Source: Pristiophorus japonicus (Eukaryota). From it: DNA of 64,000 nt. The stretch lies in the NCBI RefSeq assembly GCF_044704955.1, contig NC_091977.1, forward strand, positions 84,568,001 through 84,632,000, in the 5' to 3' direction. The translations under genes and the position numbers were made by a program. A model generated the notes under the pieces. It was not told the DNA's origin. It did no database searches and saw only the letters and a list, made by a program, of their open reading frames with translations. This document shows, piece after piece, positions 14,113 through 27,315 of this stretch; position 1 is the stretch's first letter; each line of letters begins with the position of its first letter.

Positions 14113-14570
14113 AAAAAGACTTGGATTTATATAGCGCCTTTGACGACCATCAGACATCTCAAAAGCGTTTTACAGCCAATGAAATACTTTTGGAGTGTAG
14201 TCATTGCTGTAATGTAGGAAACGCAGCAGCCAATTTGCGCACAAGCAAGCTCCCACAAACAGCAATGTGATAATGACCAGATAATCTGTTTTTTTTGTTG
14301 TGTTGATTGAGGGATAAATTTTGGCCAGGACACGGGGATAACTCCCCTGCTCTTCTTCGAAATAAGTGCCACGGGATCTTTTACGTCCACTTGAGAGAGC
14401 AGACATCTTGGTTTAACATCTCATCAGAAAGACAGCACCTCCAACAGTGCAGTGTTCCCTCCGCATTGCACTGGAGTGTCAGCCTAGATTTTTTTTTGTG
14501 CTCAAGTCCCTGAAGTGGGAACCTTCTGAAGCCAAGGCAAGTGTGCTACCCACTGAGTCACAGCTGACAA
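14113..14570 (-). mobile_element. tRNA-derived DeuSINE (SacSINE1-like), near full length
   Basis: Minus strand shows a tRNA-like head, a Deu-like core (gatgagatgttaaacc...aaagatcccgtggcactt...gaagaagagcagggg) and an L2-type tail ggcgctatataaat; family name from recognition. Confidence 0.7.
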
Positions 14571-14799
14571 CAAGATAATACAAGATAAGAAAAAGGGAAG
14601 AAAAAGGCTATTGACACCATCTGGCAAATCATATTCCTTTCTCTTGCCTGCTAGTATGCCGACACTTACTCTTCTGTTAAATCACAAAAATAAATCTATT
14701 GATGTAAACACTTCAACTGAGTCCACATTCACTGCTCTAGATGGCAGTCTATACCAAAAGTTAACAACTGGTGTCAAGCAGTATCTCAACATCATGCTA

Positions 14800-17330
14800 A
14801 TTGTGGACGAGGAAGGCCATTCAACCCATCATCCATCTATAAAGGCCTGAAAGTCTCCCCGTTACAGCATGCAATTGTTTCTTAAATAATTCCAGAGTTT
14901 GCACCTCCACTATTGCATTCAATGGAAAGGAAATTTGGGCAGGGTATATAATGGGAAGCCAATCTGTTACCGTCTGTTTTGTACCCCCACTGAAGTTGAA
15001 TTCAACTCCCTCACCCCACCCCAAGTTTCTCAAGTCTTTCCTCAAAAGTCAGACTTCTAATGTTAGAGATTAGCCTCGTTGCTCTACATTGTACTACCTC
15101 CAGAGCATGAATATTGCCCGTGTGTCTCAGTGACCAGTTGTGGAGATAGTGCTCACAATATGGTCTGACCAGAGCGATGTAGAGTTTGGTAACAACTTCC
15201 TTTGGCTTAAATTCTACTATGTTTTACCATGTAGCTCATTATGCTATTGACTTTGTTGATAGCTGCTCTGCACTGGTAAAACATGATGAGTGTTGAGTCA
15301 ACTAAGATTCTTCGGTCTGTGTCAACTTAATTCTTAGCTATTTCAACACCATTCGTGTAATGCATGCGATGCCCATATTTCCTTCCTATGTCCAATACTT
15401 TGCTCATCTGCCATTTTTCTGCTCACTTACATATTTTGTCCAACTTCTGTAATTTTTGAGCTTCCTTCTTCAGATTTGCTGTCCCTTCTAGTTTTATATA
15501 ATCTGTTAATGTTACTAATTTGCATGAATCCAAGTCCTTTATGAAAATTAGAAACAGTAGTGGTCTCAACACCACCGATCCTTTAGGCAACCTATTTCGC
15601 AATTCTCCTCCCTCAACCCAACATAACTCCTGTAACAAGTTTCTATTGTTTTCTAGCCAATTTCATATCCATTCCCAAGATTTACCCAAATCCTCACAGC
15701 TTTGAGCTTAACGTGGTCCTTTTCATGGAACTCTGTCAAATGGCAGGTTTTTCCACATCTGCTTCGGATGTCACTGCCTCAAAAAATTCATGGTCATGTG
15801 ACTGCTGTTTACCGGGTTATTATTGCACAATTCTCAAGTTTACCACTAATGATCAATTCCATTAGTTTACAGTTTTGAAATAAGACCACTGAGTCTGCAG
15901 TTGCCTGTTTCTGATTTGTCACCTTTTCTAAAAATGAACACCAAGCACATTGGGCTCAAGTTTCGTATGGAGTTACTCCTATTTTTTTGAAGCAACTAGT
16001 TTAGTATGGAGTATCTTAGAAATCGCAATTCTCGGCTTGCTCCAGTTCTAGTTGGTTAGAATAGTTTTGTTTCAATACAGTTTTTTTTCCAAATCGGGCG
16101 TTACCAGCCACTTACACCTGTTTTACAAGCTTAGGCAGTGAAAAGTTACTCCAAACTAACTTAGAACTGAATAAGTGTCGATTTCTGTATGCTCAAAAAA
16201 ACCTTGCCTACACTTTAGAAATTAGGCGCAGGTAGCAAGAGATGGGCGGGGGGGGGGGGGGGGGAAGAGTTAGGGAATTTTTACAAAGCATGAAACACTT
16301 CACTTTTACCAATAAAGAATCATCAATAATAAATGATAAATCAATAAATCAATCCAAAAAAAATTAAAATTTAAAAATTAAATAAAAATTAAATCAATAA
16401 ATAAAAAATTAAGTTTCTACTCACCTACTGCAGCACCGGGAGCTCTCCAACGGCCTGCGGAGTAGTTCGGGCGGGCCCCACCGCCGAAGAGATGCAGCTT
16501 GGGTGGGCCCCACCGCCGAAGAGGTGCTGGTCGGGCGGGCCCTGCTGCCAAGGAGGAGTTCGGGCGGGGCCCGCCACTGAAGAGCTGCTGGTCGGGCGGG
16601 CCCCACCATCGAGGAGGTAAGGCGAACAGCGCGGCGTCCCTTCAGCCACAGATAGGGTCGCCCGGAGACAGGACGCGCTGGGAGAGCCAGGAGCTACTGC
16701 ACACGAACGCAGCTGCCGGCACTCTTTTTGGCCCAAGCTGTAGCTCCGCCCTCAGCTGCTTGTGTTGCGCTGTATTGGCTGTGAAACAGGCCTGCTGGAC
16801 TCGGAGAATCGCGAGGTAAGTTTTAGGCGCTTTTTTTATTCTAAAAAAATAGGCGGGCCTCTCGGAGTGCGCCGTTCTGGGAGGACATACGAAACTTGGG
16901 CCCAATAGCCAGTTTCCAATATATTTATACCTCCCCAATGTCCAGTGACTCCCCAATAATGACCACCAGTCCTTCACAAATCTCTTTCTTGGTCTCTCAT
17001 ACTCAAAAATACATCTAATCCTGGGCATTTACTTGTTTTGAACCCTTTCAGCCTATCTCTGACTCTCATCTCATTTATATCAAAGCTGTTAATTCTGCTT
17101 AGGTGACCTCTGCCTGGGGAGGACATGTTGTTTCTGTTTACCTTTGTGGATACTTGGAGTAAACATTCAAAATATTACTTATTCTCTTTCAAGCCTGTTT
17201 GCATATTTTATGGTTCCCATTCTCGTTAAATTATGTTTAAGTTAATTCATATCATCAGTTCTCTTCTCTTGGTTCCATACAAAAAAGTACAATTCTTGCT
17301 ATTTTATTGAGGATCTAAATTGCCTTTCAG
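14800..17330 (-). mobile_element. Old, highly degenerate CR1 LINE remnants, split by the MITE at 15951
   Basis: ORF 15423-15638 PKGSVVLRPLLFLIFIKDLD...DYIKLEG is a decayed [23 protein letters not shown]. Confidence 0.55.
15951..16904. mobile_element. Non-autonomous TIR transposon (MITE-like) with internal GC-rich tandem units and a poly-G run
   Basis: 19-bp TIR tgggctcaagtttcgtatg / catacgaaacttgggccca with 1 mismatch; repeated cgggcgggcccc-accgccgaaga units 16465-16615. Confidence 0.85.
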
Positions 17331-17404
17331 GATATTAGAATTAATATATGGCCCAAAATTTTTAGAACCAATATATAACTAGGGCAAATGGTAGCAGTAT
17401 GGGT

Positions 17405-18635
17405 TATGGGTACGGTAGCATACTGGTTGTGTCACTGGACTAGAAATCCAGAGGCCTGGATTAATGATCCAGCGATTTGAGTTCAGATCCCACCACGGCA
17501 GTTTACGAATTTGAAATCATCATGGCTCGAGTCAGGAGTGTGATGGATTATTCTCCACTTGCCTGGATGAATGCAGCTCCAACAACACTGAAGAAGCTCG
17601 ACACCATCCAGGACAAAGCAGCCAGCATCCCATCGACCCACCACCTTAAACATTCACTCCCTCCACCAGCATGCACTGTGGCTGCAGTGTGTACCATCTT
17701 ATTGTAGTTGTCTTACTGCAGTTGTACAGTGCCTTCGTGAGGCCACACTTTGAATATTGTGTACAGTTTTGATCTCCTAATCTGAGGAAGGACATTCTTG
17801 CTATTGAGGGATTGCAGCGAAGGTTCACCAGACTGATTCCCGGAATGGCAGGACTGACATATGAAGAAAAACTGGATCAATTAGGCTTATATTCACTGGA
17901 ATTTAGAAGAATTTGAGGGGATCTCATAGAAACATATAAAATTCTGATGGGATTGGACAGGTTAGATGCAGGAAGAATGTTCCCGATGTTGGGAAGTCAA
18001 GAACCTGGGGTCACAGTCTAAGGATAAGGGGTAAGCCATTTAGGGCCGAGATGAGGAGAAACTTTTTCACTCAGAGAATTGTGAACCTGTGGAATTCTCT
18101 CTACCACAGAAAGTTGTTGAGGCCAGTTCGTTAGATATATTCAAAAGGGAGTTAGATGTGGCCCTTGCGACTAAAGGAATCAAGGGGTATGGAGAGAAAG
18201 CAAGAATGGGGTACTAAAGTTGTAAAAATGATCAGCAATTGAATGGTGGTGCAGGCTCGAATGGCCGAATGGTCTACTCCTGCACCTATTTTCTATGTTT
18301 CTATGTTATCTACAAGAAACAGCAGCAACTCGCCAAGGCTTCTTCAACAGCACCTGCCAAACCCACAATCTCCACTACCAAGAAGGATAGGGAAGCAGGC
18401 GCCACCACCTCCAAGTTCCTTGCCAAGTCACACACCATCCTGACTTGGAAATATATTGTGTTCCTTCATCGTCGCTGGGTCAAAATGCTGGAAGTCCCTC
18501 CCCAACACCACTGTAGGAGGATCTTCACCATGCGGTTCAAGGCAACTCACCACCACCTTCTCAAGGGCAATTAGGGATGGGCAATAAATGTTGGCCTTGT
18601 CAGCAATGCCCACATCCCATGAATGAATAAATTTA
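17405..18635 (+). mobile_element. SINE head followed by CR1/L2-group LINE 3' end, split by a nested CR1
   Basis: VRSVMDYSPLAWMNAAPTTLKKLDTIQDKA matches the 42063 ORF; resumes at 18308 and ends with the gggcaattagggatgggcaataaatg tail. Confidence 0.8.
17710..18307 (+). mobile_element. CR1 LINE 3' end nested in an older LINE
   Basis: Closely similar to 52700-53294; ttctatgtttctatgtt tail; host motif atct present on both sides. Confidence 0.9.
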
Positions 18636-18699
18636 AAGAAAAAGCTTTCATACCATCAGAAACTGGCTGATTTACTAGCTTTCAGAATTGCAGTACGCA

Positions 18700-19440
18700 G
18701 GCAGCATACGATCATATGAAATTGACGGGCAAAAGACCAGCTGGTCCATCAAGCCTGCCCCGTACAACTGCAATGCCTGGAGTATTACGATTAGGCACCC
18801 ATGCCCACCAGCTCACATACCCACCTCACACTATCAGTTGTGCAATCTCCTGGGAGAGGCAATGTAAATGAAGGCCAATCCAGGAAAAAATATCTGGGAA
18901 ATTCCTCTTCGCCCCCCCAGGCGATCGTAATTAGTCAAGGACACCACATAGACCATGCATATAGCACCTACCTTTTATAAGACGTCATCTTCTTCCCAAT
19001 CAGGAACTAGTCCAGCTCTCTCTTGAAGGCACGCAGAAAGACTGCACTCACCATGTATGCTGGTAACCTGTTACTATCCTGAGAATAGAAGAACCGTCTA
19101 ACATCTAACCTAGCACTTCCCTTATGTAGCTTATTTGCATAACCTGTGGTCTTTCCCAACCTGTCTATTTGAAATCACCTCCCAAGAGGAATGCAATCAA
19201 ACCCTTTAACAATTTATATACCTATCAAATCACCTCAAAGTCTAAATTTCTAAAGGGAAGCCTTTCTGAAAAACTGCAACCTTTTAAGCTAGTGGTCATC
19301 CTCATAATACTCTTGAACTTTTCCCACCAAGTGAGGGGACCAAAACTGGATTCAATATTTCAAATGCAGTCTAACTAGGGTCTTGTACAAGGACTTTGTT
19401 TTATATTGAATTATTCTATTTAAGCAACTAAATACCCTTG
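18700..19440 (-). mobile_element. Older CR1 3' fragment
   Basis: Minus strand encodes decayed LVRLHLKY.IQFWSP; 3' UTR resembles 56270-56480. Confidence 0.55.
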
Positions 19441-19912
19441 GCGAGGGTGCAGAGAAGATTTCCGACAATGGTTGAGGGACAAGGGACGAGGGTCTTCTGT
19501 TATGTGGAGAGACTAGAGAATATGGGATTATTCTCTTTAGAGCAAAATTAAGGGAGTTTTAATAGAGCTATTCAAAATGATGAAAGATTTTAACAGAGTA
19601 GATAGGGAGAAACTGTTTCCACTGGCAGGAAGACACAGACTTACAATAATTGGCAAACCAACTAGAGGTCAGATGAAGAGATTTTTTTTTTTACGCAGCG
19701 AGTTATGATTTGGAATTCACTGCCTGAAAGGGTGGTGGAAGCTGATACAATCGTAAATTTCAAAGGAAATGGGATATATACTTGTAAAGGAAACATTGGC
19801 AGGGTTATAGGGAAAGAGCTCAGGAGTGAAACTAATTGGATAGCTTTCAAAGAGCCGGTTCAGGCACAGTGGGCCAAATGGCCTCCTTCTGTGCTATATG
19901 ATTCTATAATAC
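19440..19912 (+). mobile_element. CR1 3' fragment
   Basis: FFTQRVMIWNSLPERVVEADTI motif and tail gggccaaatggcctccttctgtgctatatgattctat. Confidence 0.75.
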
Positions 19913-20058
19913 TGTTGCTTTGGCGATGGCTTCTCAGCATGTCACATGAACCTTTAGAAAGTTATGAACAATCAGGCCAAGATCCCTTTCTCTCTCAACT
20001 AATTTTAATCCGGTATCATGTAATGAAAATGTATATTTGGTATTGGCCCTGCCCAAGT

Positions 20059-21883
20059 CATCATCATCATCGGTAGTCCCTTGAAATCGAGAAAGACTTG
20101 CTTCCACTCTAAAAATGCGTTCTTAGGTGACCGAACAGTTCAATACAGGAATTACAGTCTCTGTCACAGGTGGGACAGACAGTCGTTGAAGGAAAGGGTG
20201 GGTGGGACTGGTTTGCCGCACGCTCTTTCCACTGCCTGCGCTTGGTTTCTGCATGCTCTTGGCGATGAGACTCAAGGTGTTCAGCGCCCTCCCGAATGCA
20301 CTTCTTCCACTTAGGACGGTCTTTGGCCAGGGACTCCCAGGTGTCGGTGGTGATGTTGCATTTTATCAAGGAGGGTGTCCTTGAAACATTTCCTCTGCCC
20401 ACCTTGCCGCGTAGGAGTTCCGAGTAGAGCGCTTGCTTTGGGAGTCTTGTGTCAGGCATGCAAACAATGTGGCCTGTCCAGCGGAGCTGGTCAAGTGTGG
20501 TCAGTGCTTCAATGCTGGGGATGTTGGCCTGATTGAGGACGCTAACTTTGGTGCGCCTGTCCTCCCAGGGGATTTGCAGGATCTTGCGGAGACATTGTTG
20601 GTGGTATTTCTCCAGCGATTCGAGGTGTCTACTGTATATGGTCCACGTCTCTGAGCCATACAGGAGGGCGGGTATCACTACAGCCCTGTCGACCATGAGC
20701 CTGGTGGCAGATTTGTGGGCCTGATCTTCGAATACTCTTCTTCAGGCGGCCGAAGGCAGGCTGGTGCACTGGAGACGGTGTTGAATCTCGTCGTCGATGT
20801 CTGCCCTTGTTGATAAGAGGCTCTCGAGGTATGGGAAATGGTCCACGTTGTCCAGGGCCACGCCATGGATCTTGATGACTGGGGGGCAGTGCTGTGTGGC
20901 GGGGTCAAACTGGTGGAGGACCTCTGTCTTACGGATGTTTAGTGTAAGGCGTATGCTTTCGTACGTCTCAGTGAAGATGTTGACTATGACTTGGAGTTCA
21001 GTCTCTGAATATGCGCAGACGCATGCGTTGTCCACGTACTGTAGTTCAATGACAGAGGTTGGGACGGTCTTGGATCTGGTCTGGAGACGACGAAGGTTGA
21101 ACAGTTTCCCACTGATTCGGTAGTTTAGTCCCACTCCAGCGGGGAGCTTGTTGAGTGAGGTGGAGCATTGCAGCGAGGAAGATTGAGAAGAGGGTTGGCA
21201 AGATGATGCAGCCCTGCTTGACCCCAGTCCGGACATGGATTGGGTCTGTAATGGATCCATTGGTCAGGATCACGGCTTGCATGTCGTCGTGGAGCAGGCG
21301 GAGGATGGTGACGAATTTTGGGGGCATCCGAAATGGAGGAGGACGCCCCATAGTTCATCGCGGTTGACAGTATCAAAGGCGTTTATAAGGTCAAAGAAGG
21401 CCATGTACATGGGTTCCCTGCATTTCTCTTGCAGCTGTCACGCTGTAAAAATCATGTCCGTTGTGCCCCGTAGAGGACGAGATGGTCGACCGCCTCAGAG
21501 ACTTCTCCTGTGGGATTAACGAATGTCTCAGGACTCTCCGACTCACCCTATCCGGGAACCAATGCGCCACAGTCATCAGTGCGTATGCCCCAACACTCGA
21601 TGCAACAGATGAGACTAAAGAGGGTTTTTACTCCAGCCTCGAAAAATCCCTGTCCCGCATCTCTACGGACAACAAACTGATCCTCCTCGGCTACTTCAAC
21701 GCCAGGATCGGCAAGGACACAGCCCTCTGGGGACGCGTGATCGGCAGAGAGGGGGTAGGGAAAACCAACTCCAGCGGTACCCTGCTCCTGACAAAATGTC
21801 TAGAGCACGACCTTGTCATCACCAACACCTTGTTCCGCCAGAGGGACAAGTACAAGGCAGCGTGGCAACACCCTCGCTCCAAG
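20059..21883 (-). mobile_element. RTE-clade LINE with inverted 5' endonuclease segment
   Basis: Minus 21476-20059: RT motifs GVKQGC, LQYVD(N), LLYGSETW, C-terminal CPTC..C..H...H, (GAT)n tail. Plus 21477-21883: APE motifs VISAYAPT, LGYFNARIG, ITNTLF, WQHPRSK. ccaagt at both ends. Confidence 0.9.
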
Positions 21884-22086
21884 TGCATTGCACTGGACTT
21901 ATGCAAGATAAAGGCCATGCTCATTTAGATCTACTTGCAGAAATGTCTTCACCTGCACAGTCCTGATACTCATACAAATGTAATTTGCTAACTTGTGGAC
22001 CATTCCCCCAACACCTACATTTAGGTTATTTATGAAAATAGTAAAAAGCAACTGCCCCAAGACTTATCCCTGCGGTACACCACTAG

Positions 22087-22296
22087 TGTTATATATGTAC
22101 ACTGGTATTTACTCTGTAAAGCCACCAGAGGGCTCATCCCCTGGAGCTCCAAGGGATCCCAAAATCCCTTGGGAGCATAGGTATTTAGGGAGGCTTCACA
22201 GGTTGGAGAGGCACTCTGGAGACCTGCAGTAAAAGACTACGGTCATACTTTACTTTGAGCTCAGTGTTCAGTCTGACTCTTTCTCCATACACAACA
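22087..22296 (+). repeat. 5' LTR of Gypsy element
   Basis: tgtta...acaaca; aligns with 26338-26548 at roughly 90% identity by eye. Confidence 0.9.
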
Positions 22297-22312
22297 ACTA
22301 GCGAACCCAAAG

Positions 22313-25300
22313 ATGCAGAGAACAGTGGGCATCCTGGAGAAATTCTCGGAGGAAGATGATTGGGAAACTTGTGGACAGATTCGACCAATACTTCGTGGCC
22401 AACGAGCTATATGGGGAACAGAGCGCTGCCAAACGAAGGGCGATCCTCCTCACTGTCTATGGGACACCAGCATATGGCCTCATGAAGAATCTGCTCACTC
22501 CAGCGAAACCCACAGAGAAATCATACGTCGATTTGTGCACACTGGTCCGAGAGCATTTGAACCCGAAGGAAAGCGTTCTGATGGCGAGATACCAGTTCTA
22601 CACCTACAAAAGGTCTGAAGGTCAGGAAGTGGCGAGTTATGTCACCGAGCTAAGACACCTTGCAGGACATTGAGAATTTGAAGGACATTTGGAGCACACG
22701 CTCAGAGACTTTTTCGTACTTGGCATTGGCCACGAAATCATACTTCACAAACTTTTGACTGTAGAGACCCCAACCTTGAGTAAGGCCATAGCGATAGCCC
22801 AGGCGTTCATTGCCAATAGGAAGAAAATCTCTCAGCACACAAGTGCTGCTACAAGTACTGTGAACAAAGTGATGTTGTTTTCGAATCGTAACGTACAGGG
22901 CAGGTCATACATACTTGCAACTGCACGTCCGCAGATGACTGAGAGTCCACCATCAAGGGTGATGAATGCAAGGCCACTAACACTTGTGTCAAAAAGAGTA
23001 CATTTGCAAGGGCTGTGGAACAATGGGACACCTCCAACGAGTGTGCAGGCAAGCTGCAAAGCCTGTTAAACCTGCAAACCACCATGTTGCAGAGGAGGAC
23101 AGATCCATGGAGGATCATGACGAACTAGAGCCTCAGATAGAGGAGGCAGAGGCACATGGGGTGCACACTATCACCACGAATTGTCCCCCGATAATGCTGA
23201 ATGCTGAATGTTGAACTAAATAGACTCCCGGTGTCAATGGCGCAGAACACGGGCATGAGCCAGTCCATCATGGGCAAAAAGACTTTCGAAAGGTTGTAGT
23301 GCAACAAGGCCTTTAGGCCAGTCTTAACTCCAGTTCGCACGAAACTAAGAACTTACACGAAAGAACTGATTCCTGTAATCGGCAGTGCTATCGTAAAGAT
23401 CTCCTACGATGGAGCGATGCACAAGCTACTACTCTGGGTGGTACCAGGCGATGGTCCCATGCTGCTCAGCAGGAGCTGGCTGGGAAAGATACGCTGGAAT
23501 TGGGATGACGTCCAAACGCTATCGCCCGCTGACGACACTTCGTGTGCCCAGGTCTTAAACAAATTTCCTTCGCTGTTCGAACCAGGCATCGGGAAATTTC
23601 AAGGAGCAAAAGTGCAGATCCAGGGGCGCAACGCATCCATCACAAGGTGAGAGCAGTACCGTACATGATGAGAGAAAGGGTAGAGATCTGCAAAGAGAGG
23701 GCATCATTTCACAGATCGAGTTAAGCGAGTGGGCCAGTCCGATTGTCCCAGTCCTCAAGGGAGACAGCACCGTCAGAATCTGTGGCGATTACAAAGTAAC
23801 TATCAATCGTTTCTCCCTGCAGGACCAATACCCACTACCAAAGCTCGACAACCTCTTTGCAACGCTGGCGGGAGGAAAGACGCTCACGAAGCTGGATCTG
23901 ACTTCAGCCTACATGACGCAGGAACTGGAAGTATCATCGAAGGCCCTCACCTGCATCAACACACACAAAGGTCTTTTTGTTTATAACAGATGCCCGTTTG
24001 GAATCCGATCAGCGGCGGCGATATTCCAGAGAAACATGGAAAACTTACTGAAGTCAGTCCCACACACCGTGGTCTTCCAGGACGACATCTTGGTCACAGG
24101 TCGGAACACAGTCGAGCATCTGCGGAACCTGGAGGAGGTTCTTAGTCGACTCAACCGCGTGGGGCTCAGGTTAAAACACTCGAAGTGCGTTTTCCTGGCG
24201 CCTGAAGTGAAGTTCCTGGGAAGGTGGATTGCGGTGGACGGCATCAGGCCCACCAACGCGAAGCCGGAGGCAATTGAGAATGCAACGAGGCCACAGAACA
24301 TGACGGAGCTGCGGTCGCTTCTGGGACTCCTGAACTACATTGGTAACTTCTTACCGGGTCTCAGCACACTGCTAGAACCACTACATGACTTACTACGAAA
24401 AGGAGGTGAATGGGTTTGGGGAAAAAGCCAAGAAAATGCCTCTGTAAAAGCGAGAAAATTGTTATGCTCAAACAAATTGCGTGTGTTGTATGATCCATGT
24501 AAGCGTTTGGTACTAGCATGTGATGCATCGTCATATGGCGCGGGTGTGTATTGCAACAAGCTAATGATTTCGGGAAACTGCAACCGGTTGCTTATGCATC
24601 CAGGAGTCTGTCTAAGGCTGAGAGAGCCTGCAGCATGATTGAAAAAGAAGCGTTAGCGTGTGTCTATGGGGTAAAGAAAATGCATCAATACTTGTTTGGC
24701 TAAAACTCGAATTGAAAACTGACCATAAGCCACTTATATCCCTGTTTTCCGAGAGTAAAGGGATAAATACCAACGCATCGGCCCACATCCAGAGATGGGC
24801 GCTCAGGTTGTCCGCATACAACTACGTCATCTATCACAGGCCAGGCACAGAAAACTGCGCCGATACTCTCAGTAGGCTGCCATTGCCCACCACGGGGGTG
24901 GAAATGGTGCAGCCTGCAGATCTAGCCATAGTTATGGAAGCATTTGAGAGTGAGCAATCACCCGTCACTGCCCAGCAGACCAAAACCTGGACAAGCCAGG
25001 GTCCCTTATTATCTCTAGTCAAAAGCTGGATGCTTCACGGGAGCTGGTCCAGTATCCCAGTGGAAATGCAGGAAGAGATAAAGCCGTTCCAGCGGCCCAA
25101 AGATGAAATGTCTATACAGGCAGACTGCCTTCTGAGGGGCAATGGAGTAGTGGTCCCCAAGGGCAGGGACACCTTCATCAATGACCTCCACAGTACTCAC
25201 CCAGGCATCATAATGATGAAAGCGATAGCCAGATCCCACGTGTGGTGGCCCTGTATTGATGCGGACTTAAGAGTCTTACATTCACAGATGTAATACATGC

Positions 25301-26304
25301 TCACAGTTAAGCAATGCACCCAGGGAGGCCCCGCTAAGTTTATGGTCTTGGCCCTCCAAACCGTGGTCTAGGGTACACGTCGACTATGCAGGCCCTTTCT
25401 TGGGTAAAATGTTCCTTATGGTTGTAGACGCGTACTCCGAGTGGATTGAATGTGAGATAATGTCGGCTAACACGTCCGCTGCCATTACTGAAAGCCTGCG
25501 GGCCATGTTTGCCACTCACAGCTTACCCGAACAACGGGCCATGTTTTACCAGTGCTGAGTTCAAAGAATTCATGACTCGTAACGGGATCAAACATGTCAC
25601 ATCTGCCCCGTTTAAACAAGCGTCCAATGGTCAGGCAGAGAGAGCAGTGCAAACCATCAAGCAAGGCTTGAAGAAGGTAACTGAAGGCTCACTGCAGACT
25701 CGCCTACCCCGAGTCCTGCTTAGCTACCACATGAGACCCCACTCACTCACTCGGATCCCACCTCCTGAACTGCTCATGAAAAGAGCGCAAGACAAGGCTC
25801 TCGTTAGTTCACCCTGATCTACATGAACAGGTAGCGAGCAGGCAGCTTCAACAAATTGCATACCATGATAGCGCAAATGTGTCATGCGAGATTGAAATCA
25901 ATGATCCTGTATTTGTATTAAATTATGGACAAGGTCCCAAGTGGCTTCCCGGCACTGTCGTGGCCAAAGAGGGGAGCAGGGTGTTTCGGGTCAAACTTTC
26001 AAATGAACTAATTCACCGGAAACACTTGGACCAAATCAAACTCAGATTCAAGGACTGTCCTGAGCAACCCACCTTGGACCCTATCTTTTTTGATTCCCCA
26101 ACATACACAACAGTGGCAACCAGCACCACGGTTGACCACGAAGCAGAACCCATTATCCACAGCTGCCCTGCAGGGCCCAACACACCAGGCAGCCCAGCAA
26201 GGCCAGCTGCACAGCAGCCCAGCGAGGGCCCAACAAATGATTCAACAACACCAGCTTTCACACCGAGAAAGGGAAGAAAGGCCCCAGATCGACTCACCTT
26301 GTAA
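22313..26304 (+). pseudogene. Disrupted gag-pol polyprotein of the Gypsy element
   Basis: Fragments: RFDQYFVAN..KRRAILLT (gag), CKGCGTMGHLQRVC, YNRCPFGIRSAAAIFQR..FQDDILV (RT), LACDASSYG and TDHKPL (RNase H), LHSTHPG and NGPCFTS..SNGQAERAV (integrase). Confidence 0.9.
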
Positions 26305-26337
26305 ATAGTTACACTGTTGACTTTGGGGGAAGAGTGT

Positions 26338-26548
26338 TGTTATGTATGTGGACTTGTATTTACTCTGTACAGCCACCAGAGGGCTCATCCCCTGGAGTCC
26401 CAAGGGATCCCATAATCCCTTGGGAGCACAGGTATTTCAGGAGGCTTCACAGGTTGGAGAGGCACTCTGGAGTCCTGCACTAAAAGACTACAGTCACACT
26501 TTACTTTGAGCTCACAGTGTTTAATCTGACTCTTTCTCCATACACAAC
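26338..26548 (+). repeat. 3' LTR of Gypsy element
   Basis: Follows the polypurine tract; copy of 22087-22296. Confidence 0.9.
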
Positions 26549-26929
26549 TAGTAACCGGCCATTAACCACAACCAAGCAGATCCATAACTATTAACCACAC
26601 GCAAATCACACTATAAGGAGCGAGAGAACAATTTTGCAGGATTGACCAAGGGTTATTATGCTGCACCAAACCACTTACCCTAATTATAACCAAGTTTAAC
26701 TAAAATCCATTTTCCTGTGTGTGTCTCTCCACTGCACTTTATTTCTCCGGTTCCAATGTTAAATAATTATTCCAAAACTATAACTAGTGTTTGGTTAAAT
26801 ATGCATACAGTAATTTAAAAAAAGATTTTTGAAACCTTTGGGAATTTCACTGGTAATATCACAGACCTTCTTGCTCAAAGTTCCTGCTCCCAACTTAGTT
26901 ACTTAGGTGGCTTTTTCTGACATAGAACA

Positions 26930-27315
26930 ATAAGGGCTGAAATAGTATGGATGTATTTAACCACAGGAACAGTTGAGGCTTTTAGCTCTAGAAAAGAGAA
27001 CGCTGAAGAGGTTTTTAAAATTATTAAGGAGTTTGATAGAGTAAATGTCGAGATGTTTCCACTTGTGGACCAAAATTAGCGGTCATAAATATAAGATAGT
27101 CACTAATAAAGCCAGTAAGAAATTCAGGAAAAATGTATTTACCCAGAGAGTGGTTTTAAGGGGAAGGTAGATAAGTACATGAGGAAGAAAGGAATAGAAG
27201 GATATGCTGATATGGTTTGATGAAGTAGAGTGGGAGGAGGCTCGTGAGGAGCATAACCCCGGCCTGAACCAGTTGGGCCGAATGGCCTGTTTTTGTGCTG
27301 TAAATTTTATGTAAA
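26930..27315 (+). mobile_element. CR1 3' fragment
   Basis: tttacccagagagtggt and tail ccagttgggccgaatggcctgtt..tgtgctgtaaatt. Confidence 0.65.

Larger units (their letters stand above)
22087..26548 (+). mobile_element. Ty3/Gypsy LTR retrotransposon (K02A2.6/Mag-like), full length but frameshifted
   Basis: Two ~210-bp LTRs starting TGT; actag/ctag target duplication in an antisense CR1 host; PPT gggggaagag; order gag, CCHC knuckle, RT (FQDDIL), RNase H, integrase. Confidence 0.95.
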
